From Methanosarcinales archaeon (GTDB taxonomy: Archaea > Halobacteriota > Syntropharchaeia > Alkanophagales > Methanospirareceae), in the NCBI GenBank assembly GCA_030611045.1, contig JAUWQN010000001.1:1484-65483 (forward strand): a DNA stretch of 64,000 nucleotides. Direction: 5' to 3'. Numbering within the stretch: the stretch's first letter is position 1; the number at the start of each line of letters is the position of its first letter. Positions 19,622-28,358 of the stretch are shown here, piece after piece. The translations under genes were made by a program, and so were the position numbers. A model generated the notes under the pieces. It saw only the letters and a program-made list of their open reading frames with translations. It was not told where the DNA came from and ran no database searches.

Positions 19622-20634
19622 TTTTCATGTACCCTCAACACTTTAGCTGTTAGTTCATCACAATATCTACATTCGTCACATATCTTTTTGCAGGTTTTCC
19701 ATTGTTTTATACTCCCGTCCAAGAGTTCGTTATCCACATGGAATGTATACCTGAGTTCAGAAGGACAGTCAATGAGTTCAAGCAGGTTTCCATTGAACGA
19801 ACGCCGGGCATAAGCCACCATACAGTTTATTATCCAGTTCACTGCATTTGCCCTGCCTGAGATCTTGAAGCTGTTTATGCCGATCGCCTCGTATTCTTGC
19901 ATGTCCTCCGGTCTTATCCACGGCGAGCGTATGATTTGCGAGGGATCTCTCACCCTCATGGAGATGCACTTGTCAAAGTAGTAGTCGCTGAAGATGTTCG
20001 GGGATTGCGCTTTCATGAGTGAAGAGTGAGATGATGTTATATGCGAGAAGAGGTTGAAATGAGCGTGACGAAATGGGCATTTATAAAGGCAGCCTTCATT
20101 CACGAGCACCTTGATGTCACAGTTAACCGCCTTCGTTATTGCTTCTAAGACCGCAAAGTTACGGTTTATGTTTGTATCCACCGCGATGGTATCCGCACCG
20201 AGGTCTTCGAAGAATTCAGCTCGTTGTGGTGAATCCACATGCGCGATGCACGAAACGACCGTCTCCATAGAGAAATCCAGTAACAGCTCAATGAAATACG
20301 GCTCTGCTACCGTAACGCCATCAACATCAGCTTTGTTCAGTTCCTCGAAGTACCTCTTAAACAGCTTGTACCCTTCAAACGTTAAGTGATAGCCACCCAG
20401 ACAGGAAGGATTTACCACGATGTTTATCATTATGCCGTGCTGATGCGCATAAGCTGTTTGTTCCTTTATATCTGCAATACGCGCAGAATGGAGCGTAGCT
20501 CTACCGCTTCCCATCACCTCTGGCGAACCTGCCATGTAAACCTCGACTACTTCGTTCAGGCCCTCTGCTTCTTTAACTTCGATTATCTCCTTCAAAGCGG
20601 CGAAATGTCCGGGGTGCGGGACGACCAATCTCAT
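19618..20634 (-). CDS. peptidase-U32-family-like protein (TIM-barrel, Cys-rich), paralog B
   Basis: 338 aa. Paralog of the adjacent gene, with some short nucleotide stretches conserved, e.g. 'tatgccgtgctgatgcgcata' in both copies about 1 kb apart. Overall pattern is U32-like (N-terminal 'L..P.G....LK..I....a.....VY.G..........R', central 'VNEGC.Y.CPF'). Confidence 0.45.
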   Translation of the reverse strand: MRLVVPHPGHFAALKEIIEVKEAEGLNEVVEVYMAGSPEVMGSGRATLHSARIADIKEQTAYAHQHGIMINIVVNPSCLGGYHLTFEGYKLFKRYFEELNKADVDGVTVAEPYFIELLLDFSMETVVSCIAHVDSPQRAEFFEDLGADTIAVDTNINRNFAVLEAITKAVNCDIKVLVNEGCLYKCPFRHAHFNLFSHITSSHSSLMKAQSPNIFSDYYFDKCISMRVRDPSQIIRSPWIRPEDMQEYEAIGINSFKISGRANAVNWIINCMVAYARRSFNGNLLELIDCPSELRYTFHVDNELLDGSIKQWKTCKKICDECRYCDELTAKVLRVHEK

Positions 20635-21635
20635 TTAAGATACGTCAATGCCTCCTTTGTAATTTTATCGCAATACCCACACTCGTTACAGACCTTCTTA
20701 CAATGCTTCCATTGGTCTATGCTCCCCTCAATCTTTTCATTATCGAGATAAAACATGTACCTGAGCATCTGAGGGCAATCAAGGATGTCAAGCACGTTAC
20801 CCTTAAAAGATCGCTGGGAATAGAACCGCATACAATCTATTATCCAGTTCACCAATTTTGTCCTACCAGAAAGTTTAAAGTCCGTTATTCCTATAGCCTC
20901 GTATGCTTTGAGGTCCTCAGGTCGTATCCATGCGGACTTTATTATCTGTGTGGGATCCCTCAGCCGAATAGATATACACTTATCGAAATAATAGTCCGGA
21001 GCAAATAGAGGGGAACGAGGTTGAATTAAACTGCTGAGATGCGATGCCAGATTGTAATGCGAATACCTGAACGGGCATCTATAAATACAGCCTTCGTTCA
21101 CTATCAGTCTCACATCGCAGTCAACCGCCTTTACTATCCCCTCCAAGAGGTCGAAATGCCGGTTTATGTTCGTATCCACCGTGATCATATCAGCGCCAAG
21201 CTCGTCGAAGAATTTTGCTCGCTGTGGCGATTCAACGTACGACAAACAGGACACAACGGTCTGCATAGGGAAATCACGTAAAAGCTCTACGAGGTACGGC
21301 TCTGCAACCGTAACGGCATCAACGCCTGCCTTGTTCAGCTCACCAAAGTACCACGAGAACATCTTATAGCCCTCGAACGAGAGATGATGTCCACCTGTAC
21401 ACGTAGAATTCATCGTGATATTCATCTTTATGCCGTGCTGATGCGCATATTCGGTCTGTTCCCGGATCTCATCGAGAAGCGGCGCGTGCAGCACACCTCG
21501 TCCACTACCCATCACGTCCGGAGAGCCACCCATGAACACCTCGTCCACCTCATCCAAGCCCTCCGCCTCTTTGACCTCGATTATCTCCTTTAAAGCTGAG
21601 AAATGACCAGGATGAGGGATTTTTAATCTCACCAT
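20631..21635 (-). CDS. peptidase-U32-family-like protein, paralog A
   Basis: 334 aa. Tandem paralog of 19618-20634, with 4-nt overlap between the two. Confidence 0.45.
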   Translation of the reverse strand: MVRLKIPHPGHFSALKEIIEVKEAEGLDEVDEVFMGGSPDVMGSGRGVLHAPLLDEIREQTEYAHQHGIKMNITMNSTCTGGHHLSFEGYKMFSWYFGELNKAGVDAVTVAEPYLVELLRDFPMQTVVSCLSYVESPQRAKFFDELGADMITVDTNINRHFDLLEGIVKAVDCDVRLIVNEGCIYRCPFRYSHYNLASHLSSLIQPRSPLFAPDYYFDKCISIRLRDPTQIIKSAWIRPEDLKAYEAIGITDFKLSGRTKLVNWIIDCMRFYSQRSFKGNVLDILDCPQMLRYMFYLDNEKIEGSIDQWKHCKKVCNECGYCDKITKEALTYLK

Positions 21636-21663
21636 TGCTTTGCTTTATTTTCAGTATGTTTCC

Positions 21664-21678
21664 GTTATTTAAATAAGT
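21664..21678 (-). promoter_or_regulatory. candidate BRE/TATA box for the U32-like operon
   Basis: AT-rich 'TTATTTAAATAA' about 30-40 nt upstream of the 21635 start codon. Confidence 0.3.
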
Positions 21679-21831
21679 TAAAATGCGAATAAACGAGACG
21701 AAAATTTGCGGGGCACTTTTCGGGAGATTGTGGTAGGTGGGACATGAAGCGGGAGGTGGAAAAAGGGGTTATAACTGCATGAAACAGCAATAGCGTTGGA
21801 CTACAACAGAAAAAAAGCTTCCCTGTTTGTG

Positions 21832-22116
21832 CTATTTCTTTTTCAGGACTATTTTGAAACCGAGATCATGTGGACCTAAATTCTGTCGTGATTTGAATGA
21901 TTCTTTGTGTCCTTTTGATTCTACTGCTTGCCGGATGTCTTCCACTTTCACAGTCTTCCTTCCAGCGTGCTTAGCGAGTGCTACAGCCTTCTTCGCTATT
22001 TTCGTGCCTTCCGCCTCTATCAGCTTCGCAAATTCCGCAGTAGCATCTTCGCTCACTCGCTCTGCTCCTGCGTTCTTAATCAACCTGTTTACAGGTGCTA
22101 ATGGTAGTTCAACCAT
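21832..22116 (-). CDS. archaeal histone (HMf family) with about 27-aa lysine-rich C-terminal extension
   Basis: '[65 protein letters not shown]' aligns with HMfB. It is followed by the tail '[29 protein letters not shown]'. The ORF has an upstream ATG at 22125, but the histone-like start is 22116. Confidence 0.8.
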   Translation of the reverse strand: MVELPLAPVNRLIKNAGAERVSEDATAEFAKLIEAEGTKIAKKAVALAKHAGRKTVKVEDIRQAVESKGHKESFKSRQNLGPHDLGFKIVLKKK

Positions 22117-22206
22117 TTTTATCACTATGATTAGGTAATGGGTGGGGTATATAAGCTTTTCTGGATGAATGAGTATCTTTTCTCTCCTTTCTTCAACACC
22201 TTCTTC

Positions 22207-23808
22207 TCAGGTCGTAAACAACCTGTAGATTCTCGTTATTTTATCCGGCAGTTTCATCACATCAGCTATCACTACCCATCTGCTGCTGGCATACATTCGT
22301 GGCAGATACTCCGCCGCTTCACGATCAACCGTTATACAGAACGACTTGATACCGTATCTTTGAGCTTCCCTTAATGCCATTCTTGTGTCTTCAATCGCGT
22401 AATCGCCATGATACTCCTGGTCTAATGGCTTACCATCACTCAGGAGAATAAGCAGTTTTGTCTTCTCCTCTCTTATTCGTAATTTCGTTGTCGTATGTCT
22501 TATTGCAGGCGCAATTCGCGTCGATTGCTCATTCGTCAGCATAGAAATTCTGCTCTGCACTCGTTGATCGTACGGAACCTCAAAGTCTTTAATGTTGTAA
22601 AACACCACATTATCCCTTCCATACCCTGAGAATCCGTAAATGGCAAAAGCATCGCCTAATTCCTGCAATGCTTCAGACATCACTACCAATGCTTCTTTCT
22701 CACACGCTATCGTTGCTCCACCCGTACTACCACTCACGTCAACGAGAAACGCTACTGCTATATCCCGAGAGCGTTTTTCAGTTCGTACATAGTTTCTTTC
22801 AGAAGGTGAAAGCCTCAGCCTCTTATCAATAAAAAATTGCACCGCTGCATCAAAGTCAATATCATCGCCATCAAATTGCCTCTTAAATTTTACTAACCCC
22901 TCCGGTCTGAGCATCTGGAATTCCCTCCGAATGGTCTTTACCAGTCCTTTATACTTCTGAATGGTGTCAAAATAGAAGTTGTTTGACTCACCCTCTAAGA
23001 CTCGTTCTCTAACCCGCGTCCAATTTACTCGATAATCGCCGATATCACTACCCCACTCGGGATATAAATACGTGTCTTGCTCGCGCTGAAGTTCATTTTC
23101 ATCTCGCACTGAAGTTTCAAGGTCGCTTAGATAATCCTTCACCGTGTTCGGCTCAAGCGCATCAATTCGTGACTCGACATCCCTGGGTTTGACTCCTTTC
23201 TTTTTGTACAAAGCGCGTAACAGCTCTCTTACTGTATCCTCTGAAGCATAATTTGCTGAATCCTTTTTATCTCCGTTTTTTGGGGTTTCGGTTTGTTCGC
23301 TCTCTATCTTCTCGGTTATTTTTCGCGCCGTCCTCCCAAAATTGCCAATCGTTTGATCAACTTGAGATTGGTCTAACGGTGCTGAAAAGGGAGGCACTGA
23401 TTGATAGGGTTCGTGAAAATTGACATCTATCAAAAAATATAATTCGGCAGCCACCCGTGCAGTTTCGTGGACGTCTGCATCAGGGGATGTTAACGTCTGG
23501 CTTAGTGATAACGCTTTGTCAAGTATTTGTTCTATTTCTTCTGGAACTTGCTCTTTTGTTCTCCCAGCCATTAACTTTTGCGCTATAAGCTCCACTGCTC
23601 TTCGTTTATCAGTGGCTAATTCCTCAAGTGAAGGCCTTTTCGATACCATGTGAACGCTCATTTCTGATATTTGTTCACCAAGAACCGGATATTCTGCTTG
23701 CAGCCGTGAATTGATTCTATAATCTTCAAGTATGGTTGTAAGATCCTTCGCTAACACCGGCTCAGGGAAGAGTTCATAAAAATGTTCCAGCTCGCTCGTT
23801 TCGTTCAT
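22207..23808 (-). CDS. von Willebrand factor A (vWA) domain protein, NorD/CbbO-like
   Basis: 533 aa. C-terminal vWA with MIDAS 'DVSGSTGG' and a NorD-like N-terminal region. Start overlaps the upstream repeat protein by 4 nt. Confidence 0.7.
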   Translation of the reverse strand: MNETSELEHFYELFPEPVLAKDLTTILEDYRINSRLQAEYPVLGEQISEMSVHMVSKRPSLEELATDKRRAVELIAQKLMAGRTKEQVPEEIEQILDKALSLSQTLTSPDADVHETARVAAELYFLIDVNFHEPYQSVPPFSAPLDQSQVDQTIGNFGRTARKITEKIESEQTETPKNGDKKDSANYASEDTVRELLRALYKKKGVKPRDVESRIDALEPNTVKDYLSDLETSVRDENELQREQDTYLYPEWGSDIGDYRVNWTRVRERVLEGESNNFYFDTIQKYKGLVKTIRREFQMLRPEGLVKFKRQFDGDDIDFDAAVQFFIDKRLRLSPSERNYVRTEKRSRDIAVAFLVDVSGSTGGATIACEKEALVVMSEALQELGDAFAIYGFSGYGRDNVVFYNIKDFEVPYDQRVQSRISMLTNEQSTRIAPAIRHTTTKLRIREEKTKLLILLSDGKPLDQEYHGDYAIEDTRMALREAQRYGIKSFCITVDREAAEYLPRMYASSRWVVIADVMKLPDKITRIYRLFTT

Positions 23809-25424
23809 GTTCCCTCACCTCCATATTTTGCCCTTATTCTACCGGCGACATCTTGAACTTTCATCAGTTCAAAATCAAAGCTACCGTATTCTAAATGCGC
23901 TTCTTCATGGGTCGCTATAACTTTGTACATCGTGAAATTTCTATCTTCTTCTCGAAACTCCTGAACTCGCTCTGGAAGATAGATCCTCGCACCGTCGGTT
24001 GAGGCTGATGCTCCCCGTGCTCCCACAATCTCGATCCTGTAACCCAATAATGCACTCAGATAAGTTGACAAAACGGGTTTAACTTTCTTCAGCGCAAGAC
24101 CTTGTGTGAGCGCATCAATAAAAGCAGCATATTCAGAAGACTCGCCCCTCACAAACGATGATGCCCTTCCTTCTCCTATCTCTGCTAACTCAGCCGCTTG
24201 GGCGGCAACTTTCTCTAACCCGTCATAACCAACCCTATCAATGAGATCAGGACTCACCTCCAGCAGACTAATGGCGGTACTCCCACTATACCCGGCGACC
24301 CGTGTACAAAGCTCATACACCTTCTTCACTAATTCTTTATCACCATATTCATGCAATTGCTTAAAGAGATCGGGACATTCATTGAGCAATCGAACAGCAG
24401 TTCTCCAATTATAATCCTCCGCTATCTGACAACTGAGACCATACACACTCGTAACGAACTCTTTATCACCGTATTTGAGCAATTCCGCAATGAAATCAGG
24501 ACTCCCATCAAGTAATTTAGCAGCAACAAAACCATCATCCTTGTTGACCTGACGACAAAGATTAGCAATCTTCTCCAAACAATCATTATCAACTCGATCA
24601 ACGAGATTCGAACTCATCTCCAGCAGCCGAGCAGCAACAAAACTATCCTCTTTGGCAATCTGGCTGCAGAAAGCCGCAACTTCCTCTAAGCCTTCATAAC
24701 CTACTTTATCAATAAGCTCTGGACTACTCCCCAACAAACTAACCGCCGTTCTCCAATTATACCTGGCGACCTGAGTACTAAGACCCGCAACCTTCTCTAA
24801 CCCTTCATATCCTATTTTATCAACGAGTTCTGGACTCATCTCCAGCATCCTAACCGCAACATCACTGTGATCCTTAGCAACTTGACTACTAAGGTCTGCA
24901 ACCTCCTCTAACCCGTCATAACCCACTTTATCTATGAGGTCTGGACTCGTCCCCAACAAACTAACCGCCGTTCTCCAATTATACCTGGCAACTCTACTAC
25001 TAAGACCAAAAACATTCTTAACCAATTCTTTATCGCCGTACTTCAGCAATCTATCAATGAGATCGAGACTCTCATCAAGCAGCCGCGCAGCAACAAAACT
25101 AGTATCCCGGGCAACCTGACGACAAAAGCCGTAGACCTCCATCACTAATTCCTTATCGCCGTACTTCAGCAATCTATCAATGAGTTCAGGGCTCTTCTCA
25201 AGCAACCTAACCGCGGTTCCTCCACTATACCTGGCGACCTGAGCACTAAGACCCGCAACCTGCTCTAAACCGTCATAACCAACTCTATCGAGCAAAGGAT
25301 ACAATTCGCTAACCAGTTTCTCAAGTACTTCACCTTCGTAGTGCTCCTCAAGCAGTTTCTTTATTTTTCTCTCTCCAAGAGCGCGTTTGATAGAATTTCC
25401 TGCCATCTTCAGGCTAACCCACAA
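23805..25424 (-). CDS. alpha-helical tandem-repeat protein (about 37-41 aa repeats, about 10 copies) with C-terminal HExxH-containing domain
   Basis: 539 aa. Repeats such as 'LIDRLLKYGDKELVMEVYGFCRQVARDTSFVAARLLDES' and 'LIDKVGYDGLEEVADLSSQVAKDHSDVAVRMLEMSPE'. Nucleotide-level repeat of about 222 bp (e.g. 'ctaaccgccgttctccaattatacctggc' at about 24737, 24960 and 25208). C-terminus contains 'IATHEEAHLEYGSF'. Confidence 0.5.
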   Translation of the reverse strand: MWVSLKMAGNSIKRALGERKIKKLLEEHYEGEVLEKLVSELYPLLDRVGYDGLEQVAGLSAQVARYSGGTAVRLLEKSPELIDRLLKYGDKELVMEVYGFCRQVARDTSFVAARLLDESLDLIDRLLKYGDKELVKNVFGLSSRVARYNWRTAVSLLGTSPDLIDKVGYDGLEEVADLSSQVAKDHSDVAVRMLEMSPELVDKIGYEGLEKVAGLSTQVARYNWRTAVSLLGSSPELIDKVGYEGLEEVAAFCSQIAKEDSFVAARLLEMSSNLVDRVDNDCLEKIANLCRQVNKDDGFVAAKLLDGSPDFIAELLKYGDKEFVTSVYGLSCQIAEDYNWRTAVRLLNECPDLFKQLHEYGDKELVKKVYELCTRVAGYSGSTAISLLEVSPDLIDRVGYDGLEKVAAQAAELAEIGEGRASSFVRGESSEYAAFIDALTQGLALKKVKPVLSTYLSALLGYRIEIVGARGASASTDGARIYLPERVQEFREEDRNFTMYKVIATHEEAHLEYGSFDFELMKVQDVAGRIRAKYGGEGT

Positions 25425-25524
25425 TAGTTACCTTTACTTTCTTGCATTTAAAATTTACCGCAGAGAACGCTGAGTTCTAAGAGGATATTCGATCCGTGAA
25501 CTCTGCGGTTAATCTGACATCAAG

Positions 25525-26355
25525 CTACAGGTTAAAGTAATTTTTAAGGATTTCTTCTATACTTCTTTTGAGATCTGCATCGTGCGTTAAAGGTTCTGTC
25601 ATAGTCGAGTAGAGCGCGTCTCTCATTGGCACTCCGCTTTTGAGCAAGGTGCCCGCATAAACGAGTTCCCTTGTAGAAACGCCTTCTTCGAGTCCTTGAT
25701 GAATAAGATTGCGTATCTTATTCGCGGCTTTTACCAATCTTCTTGCAGTATCCTCTTCGACACCCGTCTCCTGAAGAACAATTTGAGTTTCTAAATCTTC
25801 ACCTGGCCAGCCGAGATTGATACTTACAAACCGCTGTCTTGTGCTCTGTTTCAATTCTTTCAAGACGCTCTGGTAACCGGGATTGTAACTAATTACCAGC
25901 ATAAATTCATCCGGAGCGTGGAATATCATTCCGAGTTTCTCTATCAACAAAGATCTTCTATAATCTGTTAATGGATGAATGACGACCGTGGTGTCTTTTC
26001 GTGCTTCCACGACTTCATCCAGATAAATGAGTCCACCATTTTTAACCGCCATGAGAAGAGGACCATCAATCCACTCAACTTCATCGCCTTTAATGATGTA
26101 CCTCCCCGTCAGGTCATTCCCACTTAAATCATCGTGACAGGCAACAGTAAAGAGTGGCCGACCTAACTTCCAGGCCATGTACTCAACTAATCGTGTTTTA
26201 CCACTTCCTGTAGGGCCCTTCAGCATAACGGGAAGTTTGTTCTCGTAGGCGGCTTCAAATAGCGCAACCTCGCTTCCTTGCGGTAAATAAAACGGCTCCT
26301 CCTTTATTTCAAAGCTACCATCCTCATATAATCCGGAGTCCAATCTCTCTAACAA
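25525..26355 (-). CDS. CbbQ/NorQ/NirQ/GvpN-family AAA+ ATPase (MoxR class)
   Basis: 276 aa. '[46 protein letters not shown]...[37 protein letters not shown]...[11 protein letters not shown]' is a near-canonical CbbQ signature. Confidence 0.85.
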   Translation of the reverse strand: MLERLDSGLYEDGSFEIKEEPFYLPQGSEVALFEAAYENKLPVMLKGPTGSGKTRLVEYMAWKLGRPLFTVACHDDLSGNDLTGRYIIKGDEVEWIDGPLLMAVKNGGLIYLDEVVEARKDTTVVIHPLTDYRRSLLIEKLGMIFHAPDEFMLVISYNPGYQSVLKELKQSTRQRFVSINLGWPGEDLETQIVLQETGVEEDTARRLVKAANKIRNLIHQGLEEGVSTRELVYAGTLLKSGVPMRDALYSTMTEPLTHDADLKRSIEEILKNYFNL

Positions 26356-26409
26356 TTATACTCACCTGATAGTGACTATAAGAGCACGCAAATATTTAAA
26401 TCTTTTCTA

Positions 26410-26658
26410 TCAGAACATTCCCATCAATAGATGTAAAAGGATGACAATGACCGCACCGATGACGCCCCCGATCGCACATATCAGGATGACCACCCAGGTG
26501 TATGCGATATTCAATCCGAGGACGAGGTTTGCAGCTAAAAGAACGAGCACCCCGAGGATCGAATTTACAATGAGATGCTTAACCGCCTTGAACACGAGGT
26601 ACACCACGATTACCATTACAATTAACGCAAAAAGTATAAAGAGTTCTGCTAACATCAA
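26410..26658 (-). CDS. small hydrophobic membrane protein (2 TM)
   Basis: 82 aa, almost entirely hydrophobic with two predicted helices. Confidence 0.3.
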   Translation of the reverse strand: MMLAELFILFALIVMVIVVYLVFKAVKHLIVNSILGVLVLLAANLVLGLNIAYTWVVILICAIGGVIGAVIVILLHLLMGMF

Positions 26659-26810
26659 ATCTCACCCCATTCCAGCCATCTTGCGGTCACATACCCCCTT
26701 TCAGTCTCTTGTTGCTCCATCTTCATGGTTTCATTCATAGTTTTACAGCAGTTTTACCGCTACATCTGGACTTGTTACAAGCCTAAAAAGATTCGTACCA
26801 TAAATAAAAA

Positions 26811-26848
26811 AATAAAAAAAGGGGATAAATAAAAAATCCCCAAAAAAC
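26811..26848 (-). terminator. intrinsic-type terminator downstream of mtrH
   Basis: On the minus strand directly after the mtrH stop (26849-26851): 'UUUUUU-GGGGAU-UUUUUAUUU-AUCCCC-UUUUUUUAUUUUUUUAUUU'. This is a 6-bp GC stem (26821-26841) followed by a long U-run. Confidence 0.5.
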
Positions 26849-27823
26849 TTATGCGCCCATATTTATAGATGGATGCGGTGCTACTGGTTCAATCTCGTGT
26901 TCTGCTGTGTTCGCTTCTGCGACAATCATGTCTGCCATGCCGACCAGCGGGAACACCGTTGGTGCATTCTCTATTGGTCCGTAAAGCACGAAATCATGAC
27001 CCGCTATTACCGGGATAATATTAGAGGCTATGTCACAGATCTTGAATACGTCTGCGCCGAGTCCTTCCCAGCCGCCCGGTCCTTTCGTCGCATGCTCCTT
27101 CCGGAACGTCTTCAGCCACGTCCACGCGGAAGGTGCATTGTGGATACCTAATCCTACTGCAATACCGAATTTCGATTTGACGGCAAAGCCTGAAGCAACG
27201 GCCGAGCCACACCCTGCGCCGATGGGCAGTGTAGCTGGATCACACATCTGTTTCGTTACGCCCATGTCCCGCGCCAGATGCACCAAACCTTTCTCAAAGG
27301 TGCCTGCTCCTGTCTCTAACAGATCAATCTTCCCTGCTACCGTGGAATCTTTTGGATTGAACGCCAGTATAATTGCTGCTTCTATTCTGGAATTCTTGAT
27401 CGCTTCAAGCTCCTCTGGTGAACACGAAACGTTTATTGAGTTATACACCGCCTTCTCTATCAGTCCCACTTCATCTGCGTACTTGAGCCCTGCAACCTTT
27501 GCATCCGCCACCGTCGAGTCGATCAAGAAAGGAACGTCGCTCACCTCGGTGCAGAACGCGATCTCTTTCTCCATCGCCTCGGGCGATTCCGAAAATATCT
27601 GCATGATGCATGGATTTCCAGTCAAATCCGAGAATTCCTCTTGCTTCTTCAACACGTCTTCCGCCGCTTTCTTGTCAAATATCCCTTTCTCCGCATCTTC
27701 GACCAGATAATGCTTCGCGTAGAATATCGTGCCACAAAGGACTGTTGCGTGCTCTCCAGGCTGGCCTCCAACTTTCAATCCCGCAATATCATATACATCC
27801 TGTTCTCTATCAAACAAAAACAT
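26849..27823 (-). CDS. mtrH: tetrahydromethanopterin S-methyltransferase subunit H
   Basis: 324 aa. MtrH/pterin-binding TIM-barrel pattern. Last gene of the mtrEDCBAFGH order. Confidence 0.85.
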   Translation of the reverse strand: MFLFDREQDVYDIAGLKVGGQPGEHATVLCGTIFYAKHYLVEDAEKGIFDKKAAEDVLKKQEEFSDLTGNPCIMQIFSESPEAMEKEIAFCTEVSDVPFLIDSTVADAKVAGLKYADEVGLIEKAVYNSINVSCSPEELEAIKNSRIEAAIILAFNPKDSTVAGKIDLLETGAGTFEKGLVHLARDMGVTKQMCDPATLPIGAGCGSAVASGFAVKSKFGIAVGLGIHNAPSAWTWLKTFRKEHATKGPGGWEGLGADVFKICDIASNIIPVIAGHDFVLYGPIENAPTVFPLVGMADMIVAEANTAEHEIEPVAPHPSINMGA

Positions 27824-27844
27824 TTTTTTCCGTCTTCCTCCTTT

Positions 27845-28126
27845 TTATGCCATCAGGAATATCACATACGTAACTATTCCTATCATCACGCCGTATAAAA
27901 GGCCCATTGTGAAACCTATTTTTTCGCCCTGTCGTTGCCAGAGTTCTCCTGCGACGAATTCCACTCGTTCATCCATGTCATTTATTCGCTCCAGGAGTTT
28001 CGTGTGCTCTGGCGGCGTTACTGTGACAGGAACAGCTTTCTCCTCCAGTTCCGCCTCCAGTTTCTCCAGAATATCCGCTTCTATTTCCTTTTCCATCTCC
28101 TCTTCTGGCTTCTTTTCTTCTCCCAT
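27845..28126 (-). CDS. mtrG: tetrahydromethanopterin S-methyltransferase subunit G
   Basis: 93 aa. 'ERINDMDERVEFVAGELWQRQGEKIG' followed by a C-terminal TM helix. Position between mtrF and mtrH. Confidence 0.65.
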   Translation of the reverse strand: MGEEKKPEEEMEKEIEADILEKLEAELEEKAVPVTVTPPEHTKLLERINDMDERVEFVAGELWQRQGEKIGFTMGLLYGVMIGIVTYVIFLMA

Positions 28127-28153
28127 TCTTCTTTTCTCCTCTTATCCTCCTAC

Positions 28154-28357
28154 CTACACCATTACCAAAAGTTTAAGACCGACGAAAAGGGTAATCACGA
28201 AAATCCCGATTGCCAGACCTTTTACGAATCCAGCCCAGAGTCCCGCTGCGAACCGTGAATCACGGCCGATCATTGTTATAAAGTGTCTCAGGTCCTCTAT
28301 TCGTGCAGTTAAAACCGCCGTTTCCGGTGTTTGTTGTACTACCTTCTGTGGCGCCAT
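28154..28357 (-). CDS. mtrF: tetrahydromethanopterin S-methyltransferase subunit F
   Basis: 67 aa. Amphipathic N-terminus plus C-terminal TM helix; position after mtrA. Confidence 0.55.
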   Translation of the reverse strand: MAPQKVVQQTPETAVLTARIEDLRHFITMIGRDSRFAAGLWAGFVKGLAIGIFVITLFVGLKLLVMV

Positions 28358-28358
28358 T

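Noticed and set aside
23805-25424. Periodic about 222-bp nucleotide repeats considered as a possible CRISPR or other non-coding array
   Set aside because: The repeats are in-frame within a long ORF and translate to helical protein repeats. There are no short direct repeats with unique spacers, and no cas genes in the window.
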